Shown in pieces: positions 56,448 to 64,000 of a stretch of DNA of 64,000 bases. The stretch covers positions 542,497 to 606,496 of the forward strand of contig JAWKUB010000005.1 in NCBI GenBank assembly GCA_041398745.1, read 5' to 3'. Position 1 is the first letter of the stretch, and each line of letters opens with the position of its first letter. Source of the DNA: Planctomycetaceae bacterium. Lineage in GTDB: Bacteria > Planctomycetota > Planctomycetia > Planctomycetales > Planctomycetaceae. Below the pieces are notes generated by a model. It was given only the letters and a program-made list of their open reading frames with translations. It had not been told where the DNA came from and did no database searches. The position numbers and the translations under genes were made by a program.

Positions 56448-59360
56448 ATGATGATGAAACAAGGTCTGTTGCTGACTTTTCTGTCTGCCCTGCTGTCGGT
56501 CTCGGCGGTAGCTGGCGAAGGGGAGGACTTTTTCGAGAAGCAGGTGCGGCCGTTGTTGGTGGAGCGGTGTTACAAGTGTCACTCCGGGGCGAAGGCGGGG
56601 GGCGGATTGTCGCTGGAATCGGCGAAGGGGTGGCAGCGGGGTGGTGAGAGTGGGCCGGCCCTTGTGCCCGGCAAGCCAGGTGAGAGTTTGCTCGTCGACG
56701 CGATTCATTACCGCACGCTCGAAATGCCGCCGCCTGAGGCTGGTGGGAAACTCTCAGACGAACAAATCGCGGTGCTGGAAAAGTGGATTTCGATGGGGGC
56801 ACCCGATCCCCGAACGGACGCCAACAAAATCGGTGGAATGTCTCTCGACGTGGCGGCCACCTGGTGGTCGTTTCAGCCGTTGCCGCAAGTTGACGCTCCT
56901 GGTCAGCCGGCGGCGGTGGATGCGTTCCTGCAGCAGAAAATTGAGGAGCATGGTCTCACTGTCGCTGCGGCTGCGGACAAGCGGACTCTCATCCGACGGG
57001 CGACTTATGATTTGACAGGACTGCCGCCGACGCCGGCAGAGGTGGCGGCTTTCCTCGCAGATGAATCGCCCGAGGCGTTTGCGAAGGTGGTCGACCGGTT
57101 GCTGGAGTCACCGCAGTATGGTGTGCATTGGGGGCGGCACTGGCTCGACGTGGTCCGTTATGCCGACACGGCGGGGGAGAACACCGACCGACCGCTGCCG
57201 CATGCGTGGCGGTATCGTAACTGGGTGCTCAACTCGCTGAATGAGGACATGCCGTTCGATGAGTTCGTCCGCTGGCAACTGTGTGGCGACCTCATTGGCC
57301 GGGAGTGGGAAAGTGATAAACGGAACGAAGCCATTGTCGCCACCGGGTACCTCGCCATTGCACGGCGGTTCGGGCATGACATCGACAAAGACATTCATTT
57401 GATGCACGAAGATGTCATCGACAACCTCGGCAAGAACATGCTCGGCCTCACGCTGGGCTGTGCCCGATGTCATGATCACAAATACGACCCCGTTTCCTCG
57501 GAGGATTACTACGCACTCTACGGCGTGTTCGATAGCACGCGGTTTGCGTTTCCGGGTTGTGAGCCGAAAGGGCAGCCACGCGATTTGGTGCCGCTGATTG
57601 ACCAGTCGGTGCTCGATGCACGAATGGCGGTGTACAAGGAGCAGCTCGCCGCGTTTGAGCAGCAGGAGAAACGGATTGGTGAAGAGTCGCAGCGTCTGAA
57701 GCAACTGGCGACGGAGAACAGCCAAGTCCTGGCGGAGGCGAATGTGCCAGAAGGGGAGTTGGCATCGATTCACGAGGGACGGGAAGCAACTCTTGATGCA
57801 GTCGCCATGAAACGTGGTGACGTGCTGCAGTTGACCGTGCTTCCGAACGGCAATTACGGAGCCGACACGACCCGGATTGAACTGGAGATTTCGAACACGG
57901 GGCAACCGGAGAAGAAATGGAATGTGCGGGATCTCATCCCGCGCTATGCCGCCGAGGGGCCTGCGTTTGAAGACAACGGAGCCACCTGGTGCCTGTTGGA
58001 CGTGACCGAGGGGCCGCAGTATTTGAAGGACAAGAAGGTGGATTTGAACGGGCAGCCGAGCCTCGATGGCTGGGCGAACGTGGAGAATCCTTCCTCGATT
58101 GTGAATGCATCGACTGATTCCGTTTCCGTGTGGACGACGCTGCCGCCGCAAACGCTGTTCGTGCATCCCGGCCCCGATCGAAACGTCGCGATCGCATGGG
58201 TTTGTCCAGAGGATGGAGCGTACCAGGTTCACGGACTGGTGGCCGATGGTCACCCGGCGCCGGGGCTTGATGGAGTATCGTTCCGACTCGAACACTTTGG
58301 AGCGAAAGGGTTCGGCGAGGGGCTCGTCGCACTGGGTGAGTTGACCACCGGTTCGCAGAAACCCAAACCGGAAGCTCCGACGTTTCCAGTCGCATACGCC
58401 GTCGTTGAGGGACCTCCACATAATGTGAACATGCAATTGCGGGGTGATCCCGAACAAACAGGTGAGGAAATTCCGCGATCGTGGTTGTCAGCCTTTGGTG
58501 ATGAGCCACTCGGCAACGAAGAGAACAGTGGCCGCGATGAACTTGCGGACCGCGTTGTCTCCCATCCGTTGTTTGCGCGAGTGTTGGCGAATCGTATTTG
58601 GCAATGGCATTTTGGCCGGGGCATTGTGGCAACACCGAATGACCTGGGAGCACGTGGCGCCGCGCCAACGCATCCGGAACTGCTCGACTGGCTGGCTGGT
58701 CAACTGGTCGCCCATGATTTTCAACTGAAGCCCATTCATCGACTGCTCATGCAAACCCAAGCGTACCAGCGTGGGAGTCTGCCGGTTGAGGAAGGTGGCG
58801 ATCCTGAGAATCACTGGTTGTCGCACTTTTCGCGACGACGACTGACTGCCGAAGAAATTCGGGACAGTTTTTTGGCTTCCAGCGGTGAGCTTGATGTCGG
58901 CATGGGGGAAAGGCATCCGTTCCCGCCGGAATCGACGTGGTCGTTCACTCAGCACAATCCTTTCAATGCTGTGTACGAAACGAACCGCCGCAGTTGCTTT
59001 CTCATGGTGCAGCGACAGCGGCGGCATCCTTACCTCGCCTTGTTCGACGGGGCCGATGCCAACGCCAGCACGCCGGTGCGCGACTCCACTACCGTCCCCA
59101 CGCAGGCGTTGTATTTCATGAATGCACCCTTTGTGCATGACCGGGCTGGTGCGTTTGCTGGAAGGGTTCTTGGTCATTCACAAGAATTGAATACTCAATT
59201 GGATTTCGCCTACGCCACGCTGTTCCAGCGAGAACCGACTGCAGGCGAACGTGAACGAGCGCTGCAGTTCGTCGAGCGTTATCCCGGTGAACCAACTGAA
59301 AAGTGGGCCGCGTTCGCGCGGGTGCTGATGTCCTCCAGCGAATTCCTGTACGTTGATTAA
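56448..59360 (+). CDS. PSCyt1/PSCyt2 (DUF1549) - PSD1 (DUF1553) planctomycete cytochrome-c-domain protein
   Basis: Signal peptide, then CYKCHSG, WGRHWLDVVRYADT, CARCHDHKYDP, RRRLTAEEIRDS and FDGADANASTPVRDSTTVPTQALYFMN. Confidence 0.85.
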   Translation: MMMKQGLLLTFLSALLSVSAVAGEGEDFFEKQVRPLLVERCYKCHSGAKAGGGLSLESAKGWQRGGESGPALVPGKPGESLLVDAIHYRTLEMPPPEAGGKLSDEQIAVLEKWISMGAPDPRTDANKIGGMSLDVAATWWSFQPLPQVDAPGQPAAVDAFLQQKIEEHGLTVAAAADKRTLIRRATYDLTGLPPTPAEVAAFLADESPEAFAKVVDRLLESPQYGVHWGRHWLDVVRYADTAGENTDRPLPHAWRYRNWVLNSLNEDMPFDEFVRWQLCGDLIGREWESDKRNEAIVATGYLAIARRFGHDIDKDIHLMHEDVIDNLGKNMLGLTLGCARCHDHKYDPVSSEDYYALYGVFDSTRFAFPGCEPKGQPRDLVPLIDQSVLDARMAVYKEQLAAFEQQEKRIGEESQRLKQLATENSQVLAEANVPEGELASIHEGREATLDAVAMKRGDVLQLTVLPNGNYGADTTRIELEISNTGQPEKKWNVRDLIPRYAAEGPAFEDNGATWCLLDVTEGPQYLKDKKVDLNGQPSLDGWANVENPSSIVNASTDSVSVWTTLPPQTLFVHPGPDRNVAIAWVCPEDGAYQVHGLVADGHPAPGLDGVSFRLEHFGAKGFGEGLVALGELTTGSQKPKPEAPTFPVAYAVVEGPPHNVNMQLRGDPEQTGEEIPRSWLSAFGDEPLGNEENSGRDELADRVVSHPLFARVLANRIWQWHFGRGIVATPNDLGARGAAPTHPELLDWLAGQLVAHDFQLKPIHRLLMQTQAYQRGSLPVEEGGDPENHWLSHFSRRRLTAEEIRDSFLASSGELDVGMGERHPFPPESTWSFTQHNPFNAVYETNRRSCFLMVQRQRRHPYLALFDGADANASTPVRDSTTVPTQALYFMNAPFVHDRAGAFAGRVLGHSQELNTQLDFAYATLFQREPTAGERERALQFVERYPGEPTEKWAAFARVLMSSSEFLYVD

Positions 59361-59376
59361 CAACTTCGAGCCGCCC

Positions 59377-60768
59377 ATGTTTCCTTCCCTCATTTCTCGA
59401 CGTAATGCCATTCGATCGGCCGTGGCTGGATCGATGCTGTTTCCCGGCATTGTGCAGCAACTGCTCGCTGACGAAGGCGATCCACTGGCCCCGCGCGATT
59501 CGCATTTTCCCGGCCGTGCGAAGAATGTCATTTTCCTGTTCATGACTGGCGGCGTTTCGCATGTGGACACGTTTGATCCTAAGCCGGCGCTGCACCGAGA
59601 CCATGGCAAGGAAATCCAGGCGGACCATCCCGAAATCAAAGACCGTCCCGGCTACGAACGGATTTTTCTCAAGCGCCCTCAGTGGAATTTCGCTCCGTAT
59701 GGCGAATGCGGAACGGAAGTAAGCGAGTTATTTCCGCACGTCGCGGAATGTGTGGATGACATCGCGATGATTCGGTCCATGCACACTTCGCATTCGAACC
59801 ATTACAACGCCACACTCGGCATGCATACGGGGTCGTTCGCTTTTTCGCGACCGAGCCTGGGCTCGTGGGTGAGTTATGGGTTAGGAACAGAGAACAAAAA
59901 CCTGCCTAGTTTCGTTGTTATTGCTCCGCAGCAGACGTATGCCGGCACACAGGTCTACGCCAACGATTTTCTCCCGGCGGCGCATCAGGGAACACTGGTT
60001 GTGCCCGGGGCCGAGCCGGTGGCGAATGTCAAGCCGCGCGTTTCGGAGGAGCGGCAACGGCTCGAACTGGAAGCCCTGCAGTCCATTAATGAAGAACATT
60101 TACAGGCCCGCCGCCGTGACGCTGATTTGGCAGCGAGGATGCGATCCTTCGAAACGGCCTTCGGTATGCAAATGGCCGTGCCCGAGGTGTTTGATTTCTC
60201 CAATGAAACGCAGGCCACGTTTGAGAGCTACGCCCTGGCGCCCGGCCAGACGAGCGGATTCGGTTGGCAGTGTCTGGCCGCGCGGCGACTCGTTGAACGG
60301 GGTGTGCGGTACGTCGAACTCATTGATACCGGTTCCTCAGGAAACTGGGACGCACACGGCGACATGATGTCGCACGTCGGTCTGGCGAAGAATGTTGATC
60401 AACCCATTGCGGCCTTGCTGAAAGATTTGAAACAGCGCGGAATGCTCGACGACACACTGGTTGTCTGGACCACGGAATTTGGTCGCACGCCCTTCAACAA
60501 CTCGGCCGATGCCAAAGGCCGCGAACACCATCCCTGGGGATTTACGTCATGGCTGGCCGGTGCTGGCGTGAAGCCGGGCATTGTCTACGGGGCGACCGAC
60601 GAGTACGGGTTACGGGCCGTGGAGAATAAAGTCCACGTCCACGACTTCCACGCCACCATTCTGCACTTAATGGGCTTTGACCATGAACGGCTGACATTCC
60701 GTCATGCGGGTCGAGACTATCGCCTGACTGATGTCGCCGGCAATGTGGTTGATGGTTTGTTGGCTTAG
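59377..60768 (+). CDS. DUF1501-family (sulfatase-like) protein with a Tat-like leader
   Basis: SRRNAIRSAVAGSMLF, FLFMTGGVSHVDTFDPKP, EFGRTP and GREHHPWGF. It pairs canonically with the upstream DUF1549/1553 gene. Confidence 0.85.
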   Translation: MFPSLISRRNAIRSAVAGSMLFPGIVQQLLADEGDPLAPRDSHFPGRAKNVIFLFMTGGVSHVDTFDPKPALHRDHGKEIQADHPEIKDRPGYERIFLKRPQWNFAPYGECGTEVSELFPHVAECVDDIAMIRSMHTSHSNHYNATLGMHTGSFAFSRPSLGSWVSYGLGTENKNLPSFVVIAPQQTYAGTQVYANDFLPAAHQGTLVVPGAEPVANVKPRVSEERQRLELEALQSINEEHLQARRRDADLAARMRSFETAFGMQMAVPEVFDFSNETQATFESYALAPGQTSGFGWQCLAARRLVERGVRYVELIDTGSSGNWDAHGDMMSHVGLAKNVDQPIAALLKDLKQRGMLDDTLVVWTTEFGRTPFNNSADAKGREHHPWGFTSWLAGAGVKPGIVYGATDEYGLRAVENKVHVHDFHATILHLMGFDHERLTFRHAGRDYRLTDVAGNVVDGLLA

Positions 60769-60897
60769 GCGTGAAAGCTCGGCTCGATTCGGTGTTTATC
60801 AGCTCTGCGACAGATTCCTGTCGACAGCGGGCCAGGCAAGATGTATTGTCTTTAAGTGAGTGGGCTGCTTTTGATGCGAATCCTCAGAGGAAGAGTT

Positions 60898-61755
60898 ATG
60901 CGAAAAGGTTTTCTGTTTAGTGCGCTACTGAGTTGTTGCTGGCTGACGGTCCAGGTGGGAGCCCAGGAGCCGCGTCCTGAAGAGGACATTCCACGACGCA
61001 TTGAGCATATGCACCGAGCTGCCGAAAACCTGGAAGAGGCGGGATTGCATGATCAGGCCCGGGAGTTGCATGAGCGAGCCGAAGCCATGGAACGGGAATT
61101 CCACGAACGGCACGCGCATGAACATGAAGGGCATGAGCATCCTCACGAAGGAGTGCCCGAAGCTCTCATCCACCGCATGGCAGAATTGCAGGAGCAGGTA
61201 CACGGTCTGCGGAATGAAATCCGTGAAATGCGGGAAGTTATGGAAACGATGCGCCGGGAACTCGCGCATCGCCCCGGACCAGGAATTCCACAACCAGTTC
61301 CAGGTGGCCCATACTATGTCCCAAGCGGTCAATACGTACCGGGGCAGCCCCAGCCGAATCCAGGTGCGCCGATCTACCGTGATCCACAACCAAATCCAGG
61401 AAGTTTTTCTCAGTCCGGTAGGCTAGAACGTGTTCCGCAACTTCAAGCTAGCCCTGCACAACCGATTGAAAACCCGCGAGAACCGATTGAAAATCCGCGA
61501 GTAAGGGGTGGACAACCACGAGATGACTTCCGAGTTCCTAATCAGGACTTCGGCCCCTCGCGGCCTGTTAGCCCTCCACGCGTGGAACAACCCCGTGACG
61601 ACGTTTTTCCTGAAGGAGAATTCGGTCCTGCCGTAGATGAAGAGCGACCGACCCTACTCGAGGAGTCGCCTTCTGGAAGGGACGCGACCGAAGTTATTGA
61701 AGGCGACTTTGCGGCCCCTGAATCTGAGGTCAGTGAGGCAGCCGCTGCCGAATAG
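60898..61755 (+). CDS. Secreted low-complexity protein with a His/Glu-rich helix followed by Pro/Gln/Asn-rich repeats
   Basis: Signal peptide MRKGFLFSALLSCCWLTVQVGAQ. It also contains HERHAHEHEGHEHPHEG, PQPNPG x2 and ENPREPIENPR. Confidence 0.6.
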   Translation: MRKGFLFSALLSCCWLTVQVGAQEPRPEEDIPRRIEHMHRAAENLEEAGLHDQARELHERAEAMEREFHERHAHEHEGHEHPHEGVPEALIHRMAELQEQVHGLRNEIREMREVMETMRRELAHRPGPGIPQPVPGGPYYVPSGQYVPGQPQPNPGAPIYRDPQPNPGSFSQSGRLERVPQLQASPAQPIENPREPIENPRVRGGQPRDDFRVPNQDFGPSRPVSPPRVEQPRDDVFPEGEFGPAVDEERPTLLEESPSGRDATEVIEGDFAAPESEVSEAAAAE

Positions 61756-62010
61756 TCGTATGACTGTTCAGTTTTTTTGTGAAATTCCGACGCGGGAACA
61801 ATCCTCAGTTTTCCCGAAGCGAGTCGTGTGCTAAAGTTGCGTGCCCCAAGTGAAAGATTCTTGGGGCCAATTACTTCCGATTTGATTGAGAAATGGCCTG
61901 CATTCCAAGCATTATTTGGATTTCGATTAATACCTGCGAAGGTATTGGGATTTCCATTATTTCGCAGCAGCCGCCAGCAAATCTGAGGTAAACAAGCACT
62001 GTCTACCACA

Positions 62011-62042
62011 ACCCTCAGGTCTGCTGGCCTGAGGGTTTTTTC
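62011..62042 (+). terminator. Rho-independent-terminator-like hairpin followed by a T-run
   Basis: ACCCTCAGG-tctgctgg-CCTGAGGGT followed by TTTTT. Confidence 0.6.
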
Positions 62043-62097
62043 GTTTTAAGGAACTGTGAAATCGTCCGTTATTCAGGCGGCGAGAAGAAGTCAGGCC

Positions 62098-63693
62098 ATG
62101 TCCACATCGAAAACGATTCAGTTGTACGACACCACGCTCCGCGACGGGAGCCAGGGGGAAGGGGTCAACTTTTCACTGCAGGACAAACTGCTCATTACCT
62201 CTAAGCTCGACGAACTGGGATTCGATTTCATTGAAGGTGGTTACCCGCTCTCCAATGAGAAGGATTTCGAGTACTTCCAGCGCGTTCGCGATTTGGATCT
62301 GAAGCATGCACTCGTATGTGCGTTCGGGATGACGCGGCGACGGGGAATTGGTGCTGAAGAAGATACGGGAATGATCGCCCTCCGCGATTCGATGGCCCCG
62401 ATCTGCACCGTCGTCGGCAAGACGTGGGACCTTCACGTTACAGAAGTGCTGCGAGTCGATTTGGAAGAAAACCTGGCCATGATTCGTGACTCGGTCGCGT
62501 TTCTGGTTGCTGAAGGTCGCCGCGTGTTCTATGACGCCGAGCACTTCTTTGATGGCTATCGGGCGAATCCTGATTACGCCACGAAGACCGTACTGGCTGC
62601 TCAGGAAGGTGGCGCGGAAATCATTGTTTGTTGCGACACCAACGGCGGTACGTTGCCAGAGCAAGTTGTCGCCACTTTGAATGCCGTGCGCAGTGAACTG
62701 AAAATCCCGGTCGGTATTCACTGTCACAACGACTGTGACCTCGCCACGATCAATTCCCTCGCGGCAGTAGACTGTGGGGCCATACAGGTGCAGGGGACAA
62801 TCAACGGAATTGGAGAGCGCTGCGGCAACGCCGACTTGATTGCCGTCGCAGCGAATTTAGCACTTAAAAAGCAGGGATACACCATTCTTGAGCACGGCTC
62901 AGGTTTGGGGCATCTCACCGAACTGTCCCGCTATGTGTATGAACTGGCGAACATGAATTTCCGTTCGAATCAGGCATTCGTGGGACGCAGTGCCTTCGCG
63001 CACAAAGGTGGAATGCACGTGCATGCAGTGAATCGCATCGCCCACAGCTACGAGCACATCAATCCCGAACTTGTGGGTAATGAACGCCGCGTGCTCGTGA
63101 GTGAACTCTCGGGGCGCTCCAACATTGTGGCGAAAACGACCAAGTACAAGCTGGACCACGACAGTGAACTCATGGCGAATATTCTGTCGAGAGTCCAGGA
63201 ACTGGAGAGCGAAGGCTACCAATTCGAGGCGGCTGAAGCATCGTTTGATTTGCTCGTTAAGAAACTTGCTGGCTCATACGAACCGAAGTTTCAGCGGCTG
63301 CATTATCGCGTGAACGTCGACACCGACAGCGACATTTCAACTCCTCCTATCACGGAGGCGACGGTCAAACTGAAAATCAATGGCGACGGTCCCGTGCGTC
63401 ACGAGGTAGGCGAAGGTGATGGTCCTATCAATGCACTCGACAATGCCTTGCGGAAAGCTCTTGCGCCCACCTACCCCAACCTGAGCGGAATGCATTTGGT
63501 GGATTACAAAGTGCGGGTCATCAACTCGACCGAGGGAACGGCAGCCAAGGTTCGTGTGGTCATTGAGTGTGCCGACGAACAGAAGGTGTGGAGCACTGTG
63601 GGAGTCAGCGAAAACGTCATCGAAGCGAGCTGGCTGGCACTTGTGGATGCCATCGAGTTCAAGCTCTTTAAAGATGAAGGCGAGGTCGAGTAG
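62098..63693 (+). CDS. cimA: Citramalate synthase (2-isopropylmalate/homocitrate synthase family, long CimA type with a LeuA-dimer-like C-terminus)
   Basis: LYDTTLRDGSQGEGVNFSLQDKLLITSKLDELGFDFIEGGYPLSNEKDFEYF, HCHNDCDLA and HKGGMHVHAV. The length is ~531 aa from the ATG at 62098. Confidence 0.75.
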   Translation: MSTSKTIQLYDTTLRDGSQGEGVNFSLQDKLLITSKLDELGFDFIEGGYPLSNEKDFEYFQRVRDLDLKHALVCAFGMTRRRGIGAEEDTGMIALRDSMAPICTVVGKTWDLHVTEVLRVDLEENLAMIRDSVAFLVAEGRRVFYDAEHFFDGYRANPDYATKTVLAAQEGGAEIIVCCDTNGGTLPEQVVATLNAVRSELKIPVGIHCHNDCDLATINSLAAVDCGAIQVQGTINGIGERCGNADLIAVAANLALKKQGYTILEHGSGLGHLTELSRYVYELANMNFRSNQAFVGRSAFAHKGGMHVHAVNRIAHSYEHINPELVGNERRVLVSELSGRSNIVAKTTKYKLDHDSELMANILSRVQELESEGYQFEAAEASFDLLVKKLAGSYEPKFQRLHYRVNVDTDSDISTPPITEATVKLKINGDGPVRHEVGEGDGPINALDNALRKALAPTYPNLSGMHLVDYKVRVINSTEGTAAKVRVVIECADEQKVWSTVGVSENVIEASWLALVDAIEFKLFKDEGEVE

Positions 63694-64000
63694 ATCTCCT
63701 CGACCCCGTCGTTCGTTTAGCCCATCCCCACCAGCCGAGCCGTCTGGTTTTATAGAAATGGCTGGGGGCGTGGGCGCTCGCCCGGTGTAACCCTCCGAGG
63801 ATTACCCCGGCCACACCCCCAGCCATCAAGACACTCGCGAGCCAAGTTGACTCGGTAATGATCAATAGCAACGGGCGTGCCAGTCATCGTCCTGCAATTG
63901 CGCTGTTGCCGTAACCCTATTGATGGCAGCAGTTAGGCAATTCGAGTTTCTGGTGAGATTTCCGCAGCACCGTCAGAGCACTTCAGTCAGCACGGTAACG

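Noticed and set aside
57108-58457. 449-aa minus-strand ORF
   Set aside because: It is entirely antisense to the well-supported DUF1549/DUF1553 gene and has R/H/P-rich low-complexity composition. It is a typical shadow ORF. The same reasoning applies to 57934-58668 and 58488-59177.
61542-62009. 155-aa minus-strand ORF
   Set aside because: It overlaps the 3' end of the better-supported plus-strand secreted-protein gene. Its composition is low-complexity and it has no ribosome-binding or operon context.
63759-63826. Imperfect inverted repeat ATGGCTGGGGGCGTGGGC / GCCACACCCCCAGCCAT downstream of cimA
   Set aside because: It is probably just a terminator or REP-like hairpin at the window edge, and there is too little flanking sequence to interpret it.

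Overview
The window looks planctomycete-like. It has paired DUF1592/DUF1552 and PSCyt-DUF1549-DUF1553/DUF1501 genes, a 'VELLETRTLL' secreted-protein leader and short REP-like intergenic repeats. Roughly 3.5-35 kb is a mosaic accessory island; the flanks look like core genome. From left to right the island holds: (1) a remnant integrative or replicative element with a lambda-O-like initiator that carries internal iteron-like repeats, plus an excisionase-type HTH gene; no integrase was found. (2) a CYTH / cytidine-deaminase / dTMP-kinase-like operon convergent with a DegT aminotransferase + Gfo/Idh/MocA oxidoreductase pair. (3) a 3'-truncated IS3 copy. (4) an RHH / nuclease-like / Hanks kinase / unknown operon. 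(5) a tRNA-Pro 3' fragment and a transposase scar. (6) a tightly coupled caspase / 1589-aa membrane coiled-coil giant / TIR-TM / DUF4062-NACHT-TPR operon. (7) a cytoplasmic subtilase operon. (8) a Trypco2-like / trypsin-like / 155-aa / ~1040-aa (HExxH) operon. (9) a second IS remnant and a tRNA-Lys 3' fragment. Two inverted remnants of one IS type bracket 6.5-34.5 kb. The right half carries core-type genes, orphan immunity-like genes, an intact IS3 element with a 3-bp target duplication that splits a gene, a solitary TIR-NB-ARC-TPR protein and cimA. No rRNA, intact tRNA or CRISPR array was seen. The best candidates for undescribed systems are the four-gene NLR-like operon (15.9-25.7 kb), the kinase operon (11.7-14.9 kb), the CYTH-deaminase-kinase operon (6.6-8.2 kb) and the Trypco2/trypsin/HExxH operon (28.9-34.4 kb). 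All domain calls come from motif recognition by eye. Start codons are approximate, and no database search was run.
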